A program made the position numbers and the translations under genes. Below, piece by piece: positions 37,792 to 52,030 of a stretch of 63,752 bases of DNA (the stretch's first letter is position 1; each line of letters opens with the position of its first letter). Under the pieces are notes generated by a model. It did no database searches, was not told the DNA's origin, and saw nothing but the letters and a program-made list of their open reading frames with translations. Location of the stretch: contig NMRA01000969.1 in NCBI GenBank assembly GCA_002633005.1, forward strand, positions 14,310 to 78,061, written 5' to 3'. The DNA is from Phoronis australis (Eukaryota > Animalia > Phoronida).

Positions 37792-39540
37792 CTGCAATGA
37801 AAAATCAGTGTTTTCCCTGTCATACTAATGACTGACTGTTCACCTTTAAGGTTTACATATGAAGTTGTCACAGGTGACGTTGTAATCAAACAATGAAATG
37901 CCTGGCCTTCTATTAATATATATAGTGTTATAAGTATGACACCATTCGCTAAGGGGCTCGTTTTCTTGACTGTGTTAATTTGGTCTAAAACAAGAATGAC
38001 AAATAGGCAACATGCCACCTGTTGGCTGTTTTGCCAACAAAGAAATGTGTGACATTTTCCTTGAGTTCATACAGTAGAATACCTTTCATTCCAGACTCTG
38101 TGTAAATCATACAATTGTCAATTTCCAAAATCCAATAAAGAAATTTGCTAATAAAGATTACATAAGCCAACACCTAAAAATGTACATTCTAGAAAAAAGC
38201 AGCTAAACTCTAGATATGTGTTCTCCACAACAAAAATTCCAAACTCCACACAAAATTTTGTTGTTACATTGTTCTTTCTTTAACATGGTCACTGTGTATT
38301 TATATAGGTTTTAAAAGTCTACACTGAACTGGTGTGACCTACTTTTTGACTTTCCTACCAATTTTTCACCATAAGTCCTCCAAAGCATTTATGACAGACT
38401 CAGAAAATCAGCCTAAAAGTTATAAGTTCCTTTAATAATAAAAATGTCAATTCTAGTATCAATTCTACTTATTAAATACTACTAACAGTGTGACCTAGTT
38501 TTTAGCGACACCTGTTGTCCAGTTGAATAAGTTCTAATTCGCCACAAGATGTCAGTCAAAATCAAAGTCCTTTAAATTAAGCACATCAAATTGTTAATTA
38601 ACAGGTTTAAGTGCAAAATTTTAAAGTTAAAATAATATTGCTGGCTAGTCAATTATTAAGGTAAGGTAGCTGACACCATAAAATTATGCTAGAAAAAGAA
38701 TTTCTTCAGATTTTTTTAGCAATAATTTACACTCTATTATTACAAAAATTAGATCAAATATGTATAAGGAACTGTTATTACTGTTGGCCAATTCACCCTT
38801 ATTTTTTATTCGAGGGCAAGAGTGCCAAGCCATCCTAAGTTTTAACTTGGTGCGGCATTTAACAAACTTGATGTGCATTCTCCATATACTTTCAATGGAC
38901 GAAATCTGTGCTCCATCTGGCCAGATTATCTGGTGTTATTTCTAACAAGTACATGTCTTCATGGTCGGCCTTTGTGTTGTCACAATACACTAACTGGAAA
39001 CTGAAATGGATAATCTGGGCGTGTGGTGCCTCCTCTAGGATAGCACGCATGAAGATACAGCTGTGCACGCGACACTAGCTCGCTCATTGCAGTAAGAATG
39101 TATCTGACAATTTTCGTAACGATTCTTTGAGCGCTTTGGGGATAAAAAGGCAGATGCCAAAATAGTAAAAATGGCGACTAGTAGAGGCAAAATATCGATC
39201 TAAACAGATATCTTTTTGCCAAATTTTCAAGAAAACCCATCAAGATACCGACACAAATGTAAAAATACCAAAATGGCCACTAGGGGGCACAGTGAAGGTC
39301 AGATCCACAATGACTACTAGAGGGTACAGTGAAGGTCAGACCTGTCCAAGAGTCATCATTTTGTTGTAACCGTATTCGCCGTAATAACCGCCCTGGGCGC
39401 TTAGAAAAGTTCGGTTCGGGGGGAGGTGCTTATTATAACCCAAGGCCGTTGAAACCCGGTCTCCAAAACGGGTGAAATCGGAAGCTAAGATTCATCATAT
39501 TTACGCTCTGAGACATATCTGTAAACTATGAAAAGACTTT

Positions 39541-42500
39541 TAGCTGGGCAGATAAGTGCAAATATGCACCAGAATTGTGCAAATGATGATACAAGCACCA
39601 AATTTTCCATGATGACTCATAATAGCATACTTAAGAAATCTGTCCGACTAGCCACCTGAAAATCCAAGATGGCGGCCATTTTTCAAGATGGCCGCCGTCC
39701 AGTGTTCGTGACTAATGATTTTCCTTGTAAATCAGTATCTACCCAACCGATTTTAGCGATCTTGGGGTCAAATGTTATAGTTTTGGGTATGCCTAATTCA
39801 TTTTGGACACTGTGAACACTCTCAATTACATATATTGTCAGGATATAGACAATTATACACTTTAATTCGGTCAATTTATATGATTTTTGTCTGGGCGAAT
39901 GCTTTGGTCATGCTGCATTTGTCTTGTATCAATAGCTGATTATATATTATACATGGGGTGTACAGGTGTAGTGGTAGAGGTAGTACTTTTGTTTCAGCAG
40001 TCAGCCACATCCCCTGGATCACAATTTAACAGGCATGCCAAGGACCGGGAGACCCCTTTGCCGTGTATGTTGGCTTGTCTGTCTTTGCCAAAACAAGGAA
40101 GAGGCAACTGATTGAGAAGCTCTATGAGAACGGAATCAGCGTCTCCTACGATAGAGTCCTTGAAATCTCAGCCCAGCTTGGAGAAGCTGTTGTGGCACAG
40201 TACGTTGAAGATGGAGTCGTCCGCCCACCAGTCCTGCAAAAGCATGCGTTCACGACTTCTGCGGTGGACAACATTGACCACAACCCGAATCCAACTACAG
40301 CTCAATCTTCCTTCCATGGTACCAGTATGTCCCTCTTTCAGCACCCAAGTTCTGAATACCCTGGTGAAGAACGTGAAGCACTGAAACTCAATCCAGATGT
40401 CAAGGTCAAGACAGTCCCAGAGCTTTCTGAGGATTTCACAACGTTCGACCAGCTTGCATCACAAAGAATCCCAATCCTCCTACAATTACAAGTCATATTT
40501 ATCCTACAGCCGAGTCAATCAAGTCACACATGAAGGAAAATTACATGTGGTTGGAAAAGATATCACTAACCGAGACCATTGGAGACGGGGTAAATGTGTC
40601 ACGGGCAACCCATCATGCTGCACAGAACATCAGCCAGTCATTCGAAGTGAGCCTTACCTCAGTAATGCCTATAATTCTTCACCAGGCCAACTCGGTTGCC
40701 ACAATCAAGCAATGCATGCATAAGATTCAAAACACAGTGGCTTTCCTGAACCCAGGACAAACTCCAGTTATAGCTGTTGACCAGCCACTGTTTGCTCTTG
40801 CTAAGCATATCCAGTGGCAGTGGCCAGAGGAGTATGGAGAGGAGAAGTTCGTCATCATGTTAGGGGGACTTCACATTGAGATGGCTGCCCTGAGATCAAT
40901 AGGGCCCCTCCTAGAAGACAGTGGCTGGACTAGTGCTATTGCTGAAGCAAGTGTGGCGTCATCTGGAACAGCAGAGTCATTCCTGACAGTGTCAATTGTC
41001 ACCAGGACAAGACTTGCCCACCAAATCACTGCATGCAGCTTTTACAGATTGATGAAGGAAGTTCAGCGTGACCACTGCTCCGAGTGTGAGGTGTCAGGCA
41101 ATACTCCTATGGCATTTGAAGACTGGCGTGAGAGGCAGAGTAATACGAGCCCACAATTTCAGTTTTGGAATCTGGTGCTGGATATAGAACTTGCCATCTT
41201 TTTCTTGGTCCGCTCTTTTAGGGAAGGACAGTTTGAACCCTTCCGAGAATCCTTGACAGAACTGATTCCATACTTCTTCGCGAACAACAATACAAACTAT
41301 GCCAGATGGCTCCAAATGCATTGGTGGGATATGATGTCTCTTGATCACCAACACCCAGATGTCGCCAGGGAGTTTCACAAGGGGAACTTCGTCATTCACA
41401 AATCAAAATGTGAGTTTTCGGCAATGGTGATAGATCAAGCTCACGAACAAAACAATGCAGTCATCAAAAGTGATGGTGGAGCTGTTGGGCTAACTGAGGA
41501 TCCTGCAGCACTGAGGAGATGTATGGTAGCTGGACCAGAAGTGAGTATAGTTTAGTTGCTGGCTATGAAAACATATCATGCGTTAAGGACTCAGCTATCA
41601 CCACTAAACACCACGTAAGTACCCAGCGGCATTCCTTGAGAAGGTCAAGGCGCTACAATTAAAGAGTCCTGAAGGAGATGGGCAACCTTTTTCAAGAAAA
41701 GATAGCAGACCTCCTGGTTCTTGACACAAAGACTATTGCAGATCCAGCACTAGCTGAGCTCGGTGCAACACATTCTGAGAGATGAAAACAACAATTCAAG
41801 TTATTTGTAGAAGGCCTAGAGAGTCAAGATACAAGGGCATTCTACCGCCTAATGAAGAAGAACAAGGTTGCCTTCTTTAAACATGAGAAGGTTGCCTGTA
41901 GTTCCAAGGAAAAGTTCATGAAAGAAGACTGTCATCTGTTCTCCAGACTATTCATCTCCTGACAGGTTAGACAGTGTGATTTACAGGAATTCTTCGCTCA
42001 TGAGAACCAGGCAGCTCCGGCTTCACTCAGTGACAATGGCAAGCTCCATGCATCTCAAAAGTCACAGCAGACGGACATTCTTGAATCCGGAGTCACTCTA
42101 CCAGAAAGCGAACCAGAAGGAGATACCATCATCATTGATGGCTCAGCTCTGATTATTGTCATACCTCCGAGGAGCTCAAAGTCATTTGATGACTATGCCA
42201 AAGAAGATTTTCTGCCAAAGTTGGTGTGCTATGCTGCCAAATACGAACGGGTGGACATTGTATTTGATGTCTACAAGAAGCTGAGCCTGAAGTCTGAAAC
42301 CAGAACCAAAAGAGGACTTGGGATCAGGAGAAGAGTAACAGGAAGTACCAAGGCGCCTCAAAACTGGAGAAGCTTTCTGCAAGATGATAGCAATAAGACT
42401 GAACTATTTAATTTCCTCGCAGAGAAAACGCGTGACATTGAAACAACGAGCACCATCATCGTGACAATGGGGGATAACGTCATCAGCAACAGAGTGAGGT

Positions 42501-43804
42501 CCCTGGATGCCGTGGTCCCATGCTCCCATAAGGAAGCTGACACCAGAGTGTTTGTATACATACAAGGGACGCGACCTCACAAGGTAGCAAGTACATTATC
42601 ATCAAAGCAAACGACACTGATGCTGTCGTCATAGCAGTGTCGATCATGCCATTCTTCCAACACCATGGGTTAGAACACTTGTGGATAGCCTATGGACAAG
42701 GAGCCAGTGCTCAGTGGATTCCCGTTCACGAGGTAGTTTCTTCTTTCTGGAGAAAGTCAGTGGTATCCTTTTCTTCCATGCTTTCATAGGCTGTGATGTG
42801 GTTTCAGGTTTTCGTGGCAAAAGAAAACATCTGCAGGGCTGACATGAGATGTGTGTGATGACGTTACTGAAACCTTCAAAAAACTCAGCTACTGTTCGGG
42901 AGAAATTTCAGACGATGATCTGCAGAATCTGGAGAACTTCGTTGTCCTAATGTATGACAGATCCAGTTCAGATAGTGAGGTCAACAAGGCAAGGTTGGAT
43001 CTCTTTGCCTGCAAGCAGAGGACTTATGCGATCCCACCAACCAGAGATGCCGTGCTGCCTACCAAAGTGGTATCATCTGGAGCCAGGCGACTGTCTCGAA
43101 CCCAAAAACCAGCACTCCTGCTGACTGGGGTTGGATTCAATGTGATAATTCATGGAAAATACACTAGACAACCCGTCCACCAATAGCTGCATGCTGCCAG
43201 GAATTGACCAAATGCTGCAGTAAGAAAGGCTGCACTCGGAGGTGCAAATGTTTCCGAGCAGGACTTTCTTGTAACGCACTGTGTAGCTGTGTACGTGACC
43301 AGTTACGTCGTTGTGTAAATTGAAGGAATTTATAATAGACAATAGATTCTGAACAACATATTATTTTAGCATTAATGTGATGTTCATGTTCGACTATGTT
43401 TGTGATTTATGGTTCCGTCCATTTATTTTGTATTTAATGTTCGAGAGCACAGTTCCGTTTCTCGTTAATAAAATGCATTTTGATGTTGTAATTTTTTGTT
43501 TAATTTATCAGTAGTTGCCCACATGGTGTTAAAATGCTTCTTAAAATATCAAAAATGAATTCAGCATATTCAAAAACATACAATTTGACAACAAGTTCAT
43601 GAAAATCGGTTGGGCAGAGACAGATTTATGAGGAAAAGCATTACTCACAAGCATCAAATGGCGGCCATTTTGAAAAATGGCCGCCATTTTGGAATTTTAG
43701 GTGGCTAGTCGGGTAGATCTGTTGAGTATACCTTAGGATGTCACCATGCCAATTTTGGTGCTTGTATCATCAAATGCATGATTTTTCCACTATCTGCCCC
43801 GCTA
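39541..43804 (+). mobile_element. Academ (AcademX-type) DNA transposon, decayed
   Basis: ttt|TAGCTGGGCAGATA ... TATCTGCCCCGCTA|ttt: TAG..CTA ends, 3 bp TSD, imperfect TIRs of about 250 bp; encodes transposase, XPG-like nuclease and Cys-rich tail. Confidence 0.8.
40040..43300 (+). pseudogene. Academ transposase/XPG protein with frameshifts and stops
   Basis: DNIDHN, PGQTPVIAVDQPLFALAK, MLGGLHIEM, DQAHEQNNA, H(K)EADTR, FHAFIGCDVVS and terminal Cys cluster spread over ORFs 40063, 40530, 42221 and 42851. Confidence 0.8.
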
Positions 43805-45568
43805 TTTCTACAAAACTTTGCTGCTAAATTGTGATCATTTTACAGAAAATTGTGCTGAAATCACAATACGAAAACTCACAGACTGCCTGCCTCGCAATCG
43901 TCGATATGGCGACTTGAATGATTGAATAAAAATACAGTTTCGACTCAAGCAAATTACCTGAAATCCTCCTTAAGTTTTCCAAGTAGCATCCCTAAGATTT
44001 TTAAGTTCCCGTAGAGTCGGTATCACGGCAAGTTTAAGTACAAATCTGTGCTATTACATCGTGCTATCTACATGTATGATTGGCTACATGAGAAAAATGT
44101 CTGGACGAATACATGTTGTTGTCACGTGACGTTTGTTTTGAAGTTGTCTGCATTTGTGAGTAAGCGAGCGCGTGCATGTCACCAGAGTTCATTTGCCAGA
44201 GCAGATACCGTCTTTTGGCCAGAGCCATGCAATCTAATGAGCTAGATGTGCATTGTATCTGAAGAAATTTGCACAAGCAGTAGGCCTAAACCAGAGGGTG
44301 TTTCATTCAGCACTTGCCGGTCTCATGTCGCTAAAAACGTTCGACATTTGTCACGGTATGGCCATATTAGTCGCCGTATGACTATCTGACAGTTATTTTT
44401 CAGTGTAAGGGTGTATAAGCATTCTTTGTCAGTGGTCATTTTATCGGATATTTGGCTTAAAAACACCAATTATGGTTAATCAAACAATTCATCTTAAAAA
44501 TAACGCAAATGTTTTTTATAGTATTAGAAACTGTTGGAAATTAGTGCCAATATTCATTTCTTGCCGATGCCATGCTACCCGTTTCATGAATGGATAGTTC
44601 CCGACTTATGTCTTTGATGACAGGTTCATGTATGTAGCGCGTGGCCACGTGCTTTTAACACTGGCCAAGCTTTTTATTAGTCTTCGATTCGCGGTTTTCA
44701 CAAAGGAATTTGGATTCCTGTTGAAAGCTGAAAATATCTACAAAGCAATCCCGTAGACAAGTACACTACTTCTGTTCTGAAAGGCTAGACCATTGGTCCT
44801 CGCAATATCAGCAGAACTTTTGTGTTTGTTTTGAGGCATGGCGGAAGTTTGAAGTGCATAGTCACGGCTAAATACCGACATAGCGGCGAGACTCGTGGTC
44901 TACAAATTCTGCGCACAATGATTTTTTCAGGACTGTCGGATATTATTGATAACTTGAAGACGTTACTGTAAAATTTTAGGACTGTAGGTAAGGCATTTTT
45001 CGCACGTACACGTTCATGGACTGGGCGCTTATTTCAACTAAGTCTGAAAACGCGTGGAGGGCGCTTATAGGGGCATTGGCAGTTATTACAGCGAATGCGG
45101 TATGTTTACACTGGTATACACATCAACCATGTGAGGGGTGTAGGAAATGCAGCAATCAATGCTGGACGGATGCTGGAAGGCAACTACATGATACAGCAAC
45201 CAATGCTGGATGGATGCTGGATGGCACTACATGATATGTAATTATTGTTATTCACACCACTACTTGAATAAAAATATGAAAGGTCAGATCACCACAATAT
45301 GAATCAATGAATAATGTCAGCAGGCAGTGAATGGAAACGATGGCCAAGCAAGAACAACGTATCATAAAAGCCCGGCATGCTGATTAGTTGAACTTGAAAA
45401 ACAACACCAGCAAAAAGTAAAGAGCAAATAAACCTCGCTGACGAAAGAAGGCTCAATGCTACCTTAGGGACGCACTATCCTGAGTGAGCAGCCAGAGGGT
45501 ATACAGGAAAGCCGTAGAAACTGAAGATCAGACCGTCAATAGGGCAGCTATCCAACATGTGTGCAGCC

Positions 45569-45788
45569 ATTTGAATGTAGCAACAAAGGGTAATGGGGCA
45601 TCTATCCAACATGCGCGCAGTCATTTGAATGTAGCAACAAAGGGTAATTTGAATGTAGCAACAAAGGGTAATTTGAATGTAGCAACAAAGGGTAATTTGA
45701 ATGTAGCAACAAAGGGTAATTTGAATGTAGCAACAAAGGGTAATTTGAATGTAGCAACAAAGGGTAATTTGAATGTAGCAACAAAGGG
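45569..45788. repeat. 24 bp tandem repeat
   Basis: atttgaatgtagcaacaaagggta, 7 near-perfect copies plus one upstream copy. Confidence 0.95.
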
Positions 45789-48700
45789 GACCCAGCTATG
45801 TGATTGGCAAAGCGGGAAAGATAGAAATGTTAGTTTCATTGTTTTTTAATTCTAGGAGACATAAACATCTTTCCAAGTCTTTTGCTTTGTCAAAAACTGA
45901 CTTTTTGATTCTTTTCTTTATTCGCAAGCTAAAGATCACATTTCATATCTAATCAGGGTGGAATGTACATCAAACCAAAAATCGTGAATAGTTCAAAGCC
46001 TATTGTTTTCGGGTGAAATCGGACGCAAGATGACATTGCAGCGGCTATTTTTCACTTTTATGGTTTTCGGAGCCATAGCTCTGCTGTTTCTGATAGCATT
46101 TTTCTGATTTTTTCCCGTAGATAGATCGTTTCAAGCACTATAGGAAGTAAGCAATTTGATTTTTTTCTAGGTGTTAACGTCCTTGAGTTATTTGACCTTT
46201 TTTGGTGCAAGCTGCATCATGCCATCCATTTCTCACAACACCTTACTGTTCTTGAGATATTCAATATTTACTGGACATATAACTGTTCCTTTATTGACTT
46301 ATATCTCGCTGCACTTTGGTGGCCTATCATATTTGTGCATTTTTCGTCTAATCAACGTTAATTTTAGTGAATACATACATTTATCTTGTCAATAGTTGGA
46401 GGAATCTGGTTTGTATGCTACGACGGCCACTTATCCAATAATGTTTGCAGAGCTCTAACTTATCGATCAATGGACTGAACCTCTTAACATTTGGCAAATA
46501 GATCTACTCAAGGGCTATGTGCAATTTGTTATTGGTTTCTCACTACCACTTACTACTCTCGGAGTTATTTGAGCTTTTTTGGGATTTGATGAATGTCTTT
46601 TATTGCACTCTCATTCTTTGGTTTAATCACATGTTGATAACTCCGTGGTAAAAGATGCTATGTCTCATTAAAACTTTGAATATTTAAATATGTAGCAAGC
46701 ACCACCTAGTGACTTCCTGGAGAACTGTGAGTACAAGTTTTTATCAGGAAAAGAAACAATTTATTATTAAATTGTGGGTTTTAAAGAATATAGCAAGTGT
46801 GAACATGTAAAAAACCCAGAAATACCAAATATTACGCAATCATTATTTGAAAGTGAAATGAACAAATAATAAAAACTGAGCCTTTTTTCATACCGTAATG
46901 ACAATGTTGTAGGGAGTTTCACACGGATTCCAGTGTCGTCCTAAGAAATGTGGACGAGACGTGTGTGCAAATACTAAGAATTTGCACTACCAGAGACGGA
47001 AAATGGCATGATGTTGAATATTGTCCAAGGTGATGGCAAAATGAAATTACATGCCTTCTTTGTACTCTTGGCCGGCATCTGGTCTTCATCTGCCACGATG
47101 AAAGATTGCAATTATAACCATACTCTTTTATAATTTGCGAGATTGTACAAGTAACAGGTTCTCGAATGGTTTCTGGCACATTGGAGGACCTGGGGTTGTA
47201 TGTAAATTAGCACTTCGTTTGAACATTCACAATTTAATGAGACTATGAATCTTTAATTTGTTGGATTAATTTTACCAGCCAGTTAGTTGTGGATGAAACA
47301 GCACAGTGAAAAACCAACTTCTCCTCACACGAACCATACACAATCATAATAGTTCTTCACCAGAGAGAGAAATAAACAAACAATGTTTCCAAAAATTGGA
47401 CCTTCAATGATTTTTAATTACAACAAAAATCACCTGAGTTTGATTTTAAGCAAGTTATAGGATTAATGGTATTATAAGAACAGGTATCACAGTTAGCACT
47501 GAACTAACTATAAAAAACATCAAGCCGTGTACCTATCAACAGCTTGATAGTAAGCCCACAGCCGTAAGGTTGACAGTAAGCCCAAACTCGTAGGATTGAG
47601 AGCAAGCCCACACACACGTACAGTTGATAGTAAGCCCAAACCCGTAGTGACAGTTGTTTAAAAGACATGGTTTGTGAGGTTTGCAATAAGCACGGAGACA
47701 TGGTGATCAACTTTCAAAGAGATGGCTCGGGTGGAGAGAGAGAGAGAGAGAAAGCCCAGATTGTCCACCAATGTATGATGGAGGAGGTATAGAACTAAAG
47801 CAAACCAACAGCAACAGTCAAGCCAGCAACAAGACAGAGCAATGAGCAGAGCAATGTGTTAGCACAAAATGATACGTTTCATTAAGTAACGCTACACAAA
47901 CTTGTGGCCACAAATTAAAATGCTTTATACAAGGAGGCTACTATCAGTGCATTAAAAAACAAGATTCTGTCTTGGTTTGAATGTTAAATCTAATTGTCTA
48001 AGTCAAATCAAGCCTTGTATCTGTCAAATTATGGCCACACGTAACTCTTAGAATCAACTTAACACAGCGTTGTCCACTGCAAAACTACATACACTACACC
48101 ATACAAAATGACAACCAATGGAAACAAATGTTACACTCCTGATTAAACAAGGGTTGCAATTTTGCTCAAGACTTAAAAAGACAGCATTCACTTTGGTTGA
48201 CATTACGAACAGCACAGCTGTCTCAAAACAAGATCAAGTATATGAAGAGTTTCTGCGCACTTGATAGAACATGGATTTGTGTAAAAACATGCACTAGTTC
48301 CATTCCCTTTAATCTCACTTTCTGAATGAGCAAACCCCAACAACTGAGTGATGGTGAAGTGTTATGCAGATTTGTCAGTTGACAACACATGTAATGTACT
48401 GTTGGAGCTGAGCCTAACACAATTAACCACTAGTCAAAGTCACAAACCAAAGCACATATTCAAGGATGCAAAAAAACGTCAAGGTGTTGAAAAGTGCACA
48501 TGTACTTTTAATAAAAGTGGTGTAAATTTGCATTAGTAAAACCAAAGAGTTTTTAATCAATTTCTGAAGTGTCAAAAAGTCAATTACATTCCTTGCTTTC
48601 TACCAATGTGGACGATCAAAGATTAGCAAAGTGTCCAGCCCCTCAATACTGTTGACCTTTGACACGACACCAAGTGTACAAGATGAGACTGTCCATCTGA

Positions 48701-49548
48701 AGCCTCTCGGTTCCTCCTGTTCCACCAGCACTATTTTTAGGTAGTTATCAATGATGTGATTTTGCTCAGGCTCAACCCAACCAACAGCCATGTTATCTTT
48801 TCAAAAGACATCTCTAACACAAACACGACTAGACACAAATCTGGAGGGTGACACAATAATACAGTTTTGCAGTTCAGTGCTACAAAGGGAAGAGATAAAT
48901 TAAAATTCTATGTTTTTCATTGCCAGAAAATTAATTATGCACAAATTTGTATTCAAGCGCATCTGGCTTAGAGGGTAAAACAAACATTTTTATGTTACCT
49001 TTCGTAAAAATACAGATCCTAATCTATCCTGGAAAGAATTTGGTCCATGCCAGTATGGCAGTGACTATTACCCATGGGTGTTTTAATTATTCACGCAACA
49101 GTTATGTAAACAGCAAAAGTCAAGCATAATGATTCTGCATTCAATGGTTCAGCATTCAATGATATGAAGCAAATATAATGAACCACCTGTTTTTGAATGC
49201 AGTCTGATCCAGTTATTTGTGTTTGCTCAATGGACACGAATGTAAAACTAAAAGGCTGTTGCGCTGTGCCGGCCTTTTTCAATTGCTGCATAGACAGAAA
49301 TTAATACACATGATGAGAACAAATATTAACATGGAAAAATGTGTTTCAAAATTATCAGGTATCTGTATTTTTAGTATAAGTGACACTAAAAATGAGAAAA
49401 ACAACAACAAACACGTGTGACGTGAACTTAGCAAGCAACTAAAAGCTGCATTAGGCACTTTATGGAATACTTCCAAAAGTAAATTTATTACATTGACAAG
49501 TGTTGTAAGTTCACTTGCAAACTTCGACATAATCTGTGTCGTAAAATT

Positions 49549-49613
49549 GAGACTGCTCTTGTGTTTAAGTGAGACTGCTCTTGTGTTTAAGTGAGACTGC
49601 TCTTGTGTTTAAG
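49549..49613. repeat. 22 bp tandem repeat, 3 copies
   Basis: gagactgctcttgtgtttaagt. Confidence 0.9.
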
Positions 49614-49729
49614 AGGAAAAAGTAAAACTTAACACACAAAAGCACGGAACTGACCAACTGTATAAAGGTGTAACCATGACAACTAAACTCAAGGCTGAAT
49701 ATGAGTGACAGACATTAAGAACCACTTAC

Positions 49730-49855
49730 TTTCGGACGGCATGAATGAGTTTTGAAAACGGTTTTTCCCAACAATACATTTTGATGACGCGCATTCCTGA
49801 TATGATCTCATTCATGATTTTGACACGCTCATCAGTCTGCACAGCTGTCTTGGCC
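49730..49855 (-). CDS. ABCC4: ABCC4-like exon 7 (last single-copy exon before the variable array)
   Basis: ttcag|G...AA|gtaagt, 126 bp, phase 2 to 2; [41 protein letters not shown]. Confidence 0.95.
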
Positions 49856-50234
49856 CTGAAGCACACAGTTAATACAAGTGCATTAGCACAATAGACAGTT
49901 GCGTGTTTGCAAGAATAAACAAAAGCATCACGCCATGTGGCTTCTGAGATTTATTGTGAAATCTTGCGAATCTGGTGTAGATATTATGTGAAATGATTAC
50001 GTGAGCGTTGTAACATGACCTCCTTGGTCAGAAGAGCTTGTGGCTTTATGTGAATCGTGCACAACAGCCTGAATGTTGTGTTAAAATGTTTACTAATGCC
50101 ACATGAAATGCGCCAGAACAGCGCAAACTCTGTGTGACCCCCGTGAGGATGACGGGCAACAGATTTTGGGGGTGTTAGTAGACATTTTAACTTTCCTTCC
50201 AAAACAGTGATGGTCCACATCTCACAATTATATT

Positions 50235-50540
50235 AGCATGCCCACAATGCCCTACAACTGTCCCACAATGCCTTTAAGTGTCCCACTATATTAAGATGCC
50301 CTACGATTGTCCTAAGATGCCCTATGACTGTCCCACGATACCCTATGACTGTCCCACGATGCCCCATGACTGTCCCATGATGACCTACGACTGTATCACG
50401 GTGCCCCATGACTGCCCAAGGATGCCCTATGACTATCACGATGCCCCATGACTGCCCCACGACTGCCCCAGGATGCCCTACGGTTGTCCCACAATGACTT
50501 AAAAGTTGTCCCATGATGCCCTCCAACTGTCCCACAATGC
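50235..50540. repeat. Degenerate minisatellite, about 21 bp unit
   Basis: ctgtcccacgatgccccatga variants. Confidence 0.85.
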
Positions 50541-51032
50541 AATATGACCCAAGGCTGTGCTGTAAATTTGCATCCTTTCATTCACATCCTACAAAACTTG
50601 CAAAATGCATCATGAATGCATTCTCACTGCATCCACATCTCATCTGTGTGATTCATACAGAGTTTGCACTGTGAACACAAGGCGGGGAACAATGTACAAA
50701 GGTTTACATCGGGTGACATTTGTTATGAAGTGTGCGACAATGCGCATGAATTGTGAGCCATTATTATGTTTCACAACCATCCCTACAAATATTCACACCA
50801 GGTGAGCCTAACTGTAGAATTTTACAAGCATTCAAGCAGTTAACAAAATGGTCATTACATGTAGATAGAGACTAACGTGTTTGTTGCAAATTTCTGTTCT
50901 TAAAAACCATGTTTTACACATGCTATCCCTAAGGCAGACCATCTTAGCTCTGGCTGAGAACATGACCTTCAATCAAACTGACCCAAACACCTAAAGAGAA
51001 AGCAGGATATGAAACCATACAGAGATTTCTAC

Positions 51033-51196
51033 CTGAGTTTTGAAAAGCGCTTGCCCATCCATGCCTGGAGTGGTATAAGAAGGACTAGTACAGCTAATCC
51101 AGCCAAACTGGCTGGTCCAACCTCGTGCCACAAGATGACCATCACAGCGATTGTCTGCAGGGGGCCCACCCAAAGGAAGTGGAGAAAGATGACCGC
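51033..51196 (-). CDS. ABCC4: ABCC4-like exon 6 (TM3-TM4)
   Basis: ttgtag|GCG...AG|gtaga, 164 bp, phase 0 to 2; [55 protein letters not shown] (not in the ORF track; translated by hand). Confidence 0.93.
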
Positions 51197-52030
51197 CTAC
51201 AAGATAAAGAAGACATCAGTCAGCTACCACGTCAAACACAGCATTCTCAGGATTGCAACAACACTACCATTCATGCTGAGACACACTTCTGCATAATTCA
51301 CAATGGTAGTAGGATTTATCCAAAACATTATGTCACCATGTCCCTTGTATATAGAAACTTGTCAAACATATTTCACAAAGATGCTTTGAGGAGTTCCACA
51401 GATACAGAGGCAGATGTCAAAAATCCAAAATTAATGCGTTGCAGCAACTGTAACGGGTGTCCAAAATAGGCGAGTGACATCCCCTCCCCAACATAAACAC
51501 ACTTACCTGCCTAAGATCATGGGGACACACAAATGGACTGGGGAGTTATTACAAACCAAACTCAACAAAATACAAATGAAATTGCCTCAAAATGGTCATC
51601 TCACATCTTCACGACCATCAGCAAAAAATTTGTGCAGGATCTTCATGAAATTAAACATTTCAAAATGCATAATTTCATGAAGATCTTGCAGAGAGTATAT
51701 AAGATGCATCTGTGGAAGCTAAGCACCCAAACTCCAGTATGTATAGATTAAGATGACAGCAATACGCGCCAATGGCACGTAAAGATGACACATGTATGGG
51801 GGCACATAAAAATGATTATCTACTTGTAGACATACGAAATGATCAATGTTGTGAGGATATCCAACAGATACAGCATACCTCATGGTGATTGACGCTGATC
51901 TCATCCAAAACTAATGAGACTCACAGACTGTAAGTCCCCATATGTAGGTTATGCACCAGACCTGTTTTACATACACGTGAGTTGCATTTATCAGCACAGT
52001 ATGTTCAGTCAAGTAGGGTGGCGGTCTCAC

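Larger units (their letters stand above)
39370..45100 (+). mobile_element. pogo/Tc1-like non-autonomous element hosting the Academ insertion
   Basis: TIR ccgtattcgccgtaataaccgcc / ggcagttattacagcgaatgcgg|ta; without 39541-43804 it is colinear (inverted) with 15350-16476. Confidence 0.75.

Noticed and set aside
45484-45849. Repetitive ORFs (NLNVATKG)n, and similar ones at 36795-37156, 50233-50535 and 26581-26865
   Set aside because: Translations of tandem repeats.
46900-47090. Patchy resemblance to 8b/8c (F.F..T...IF, TLESV)
   Set aside because: Several stops, frame changes and no donor; cannot be told from chance by eye.
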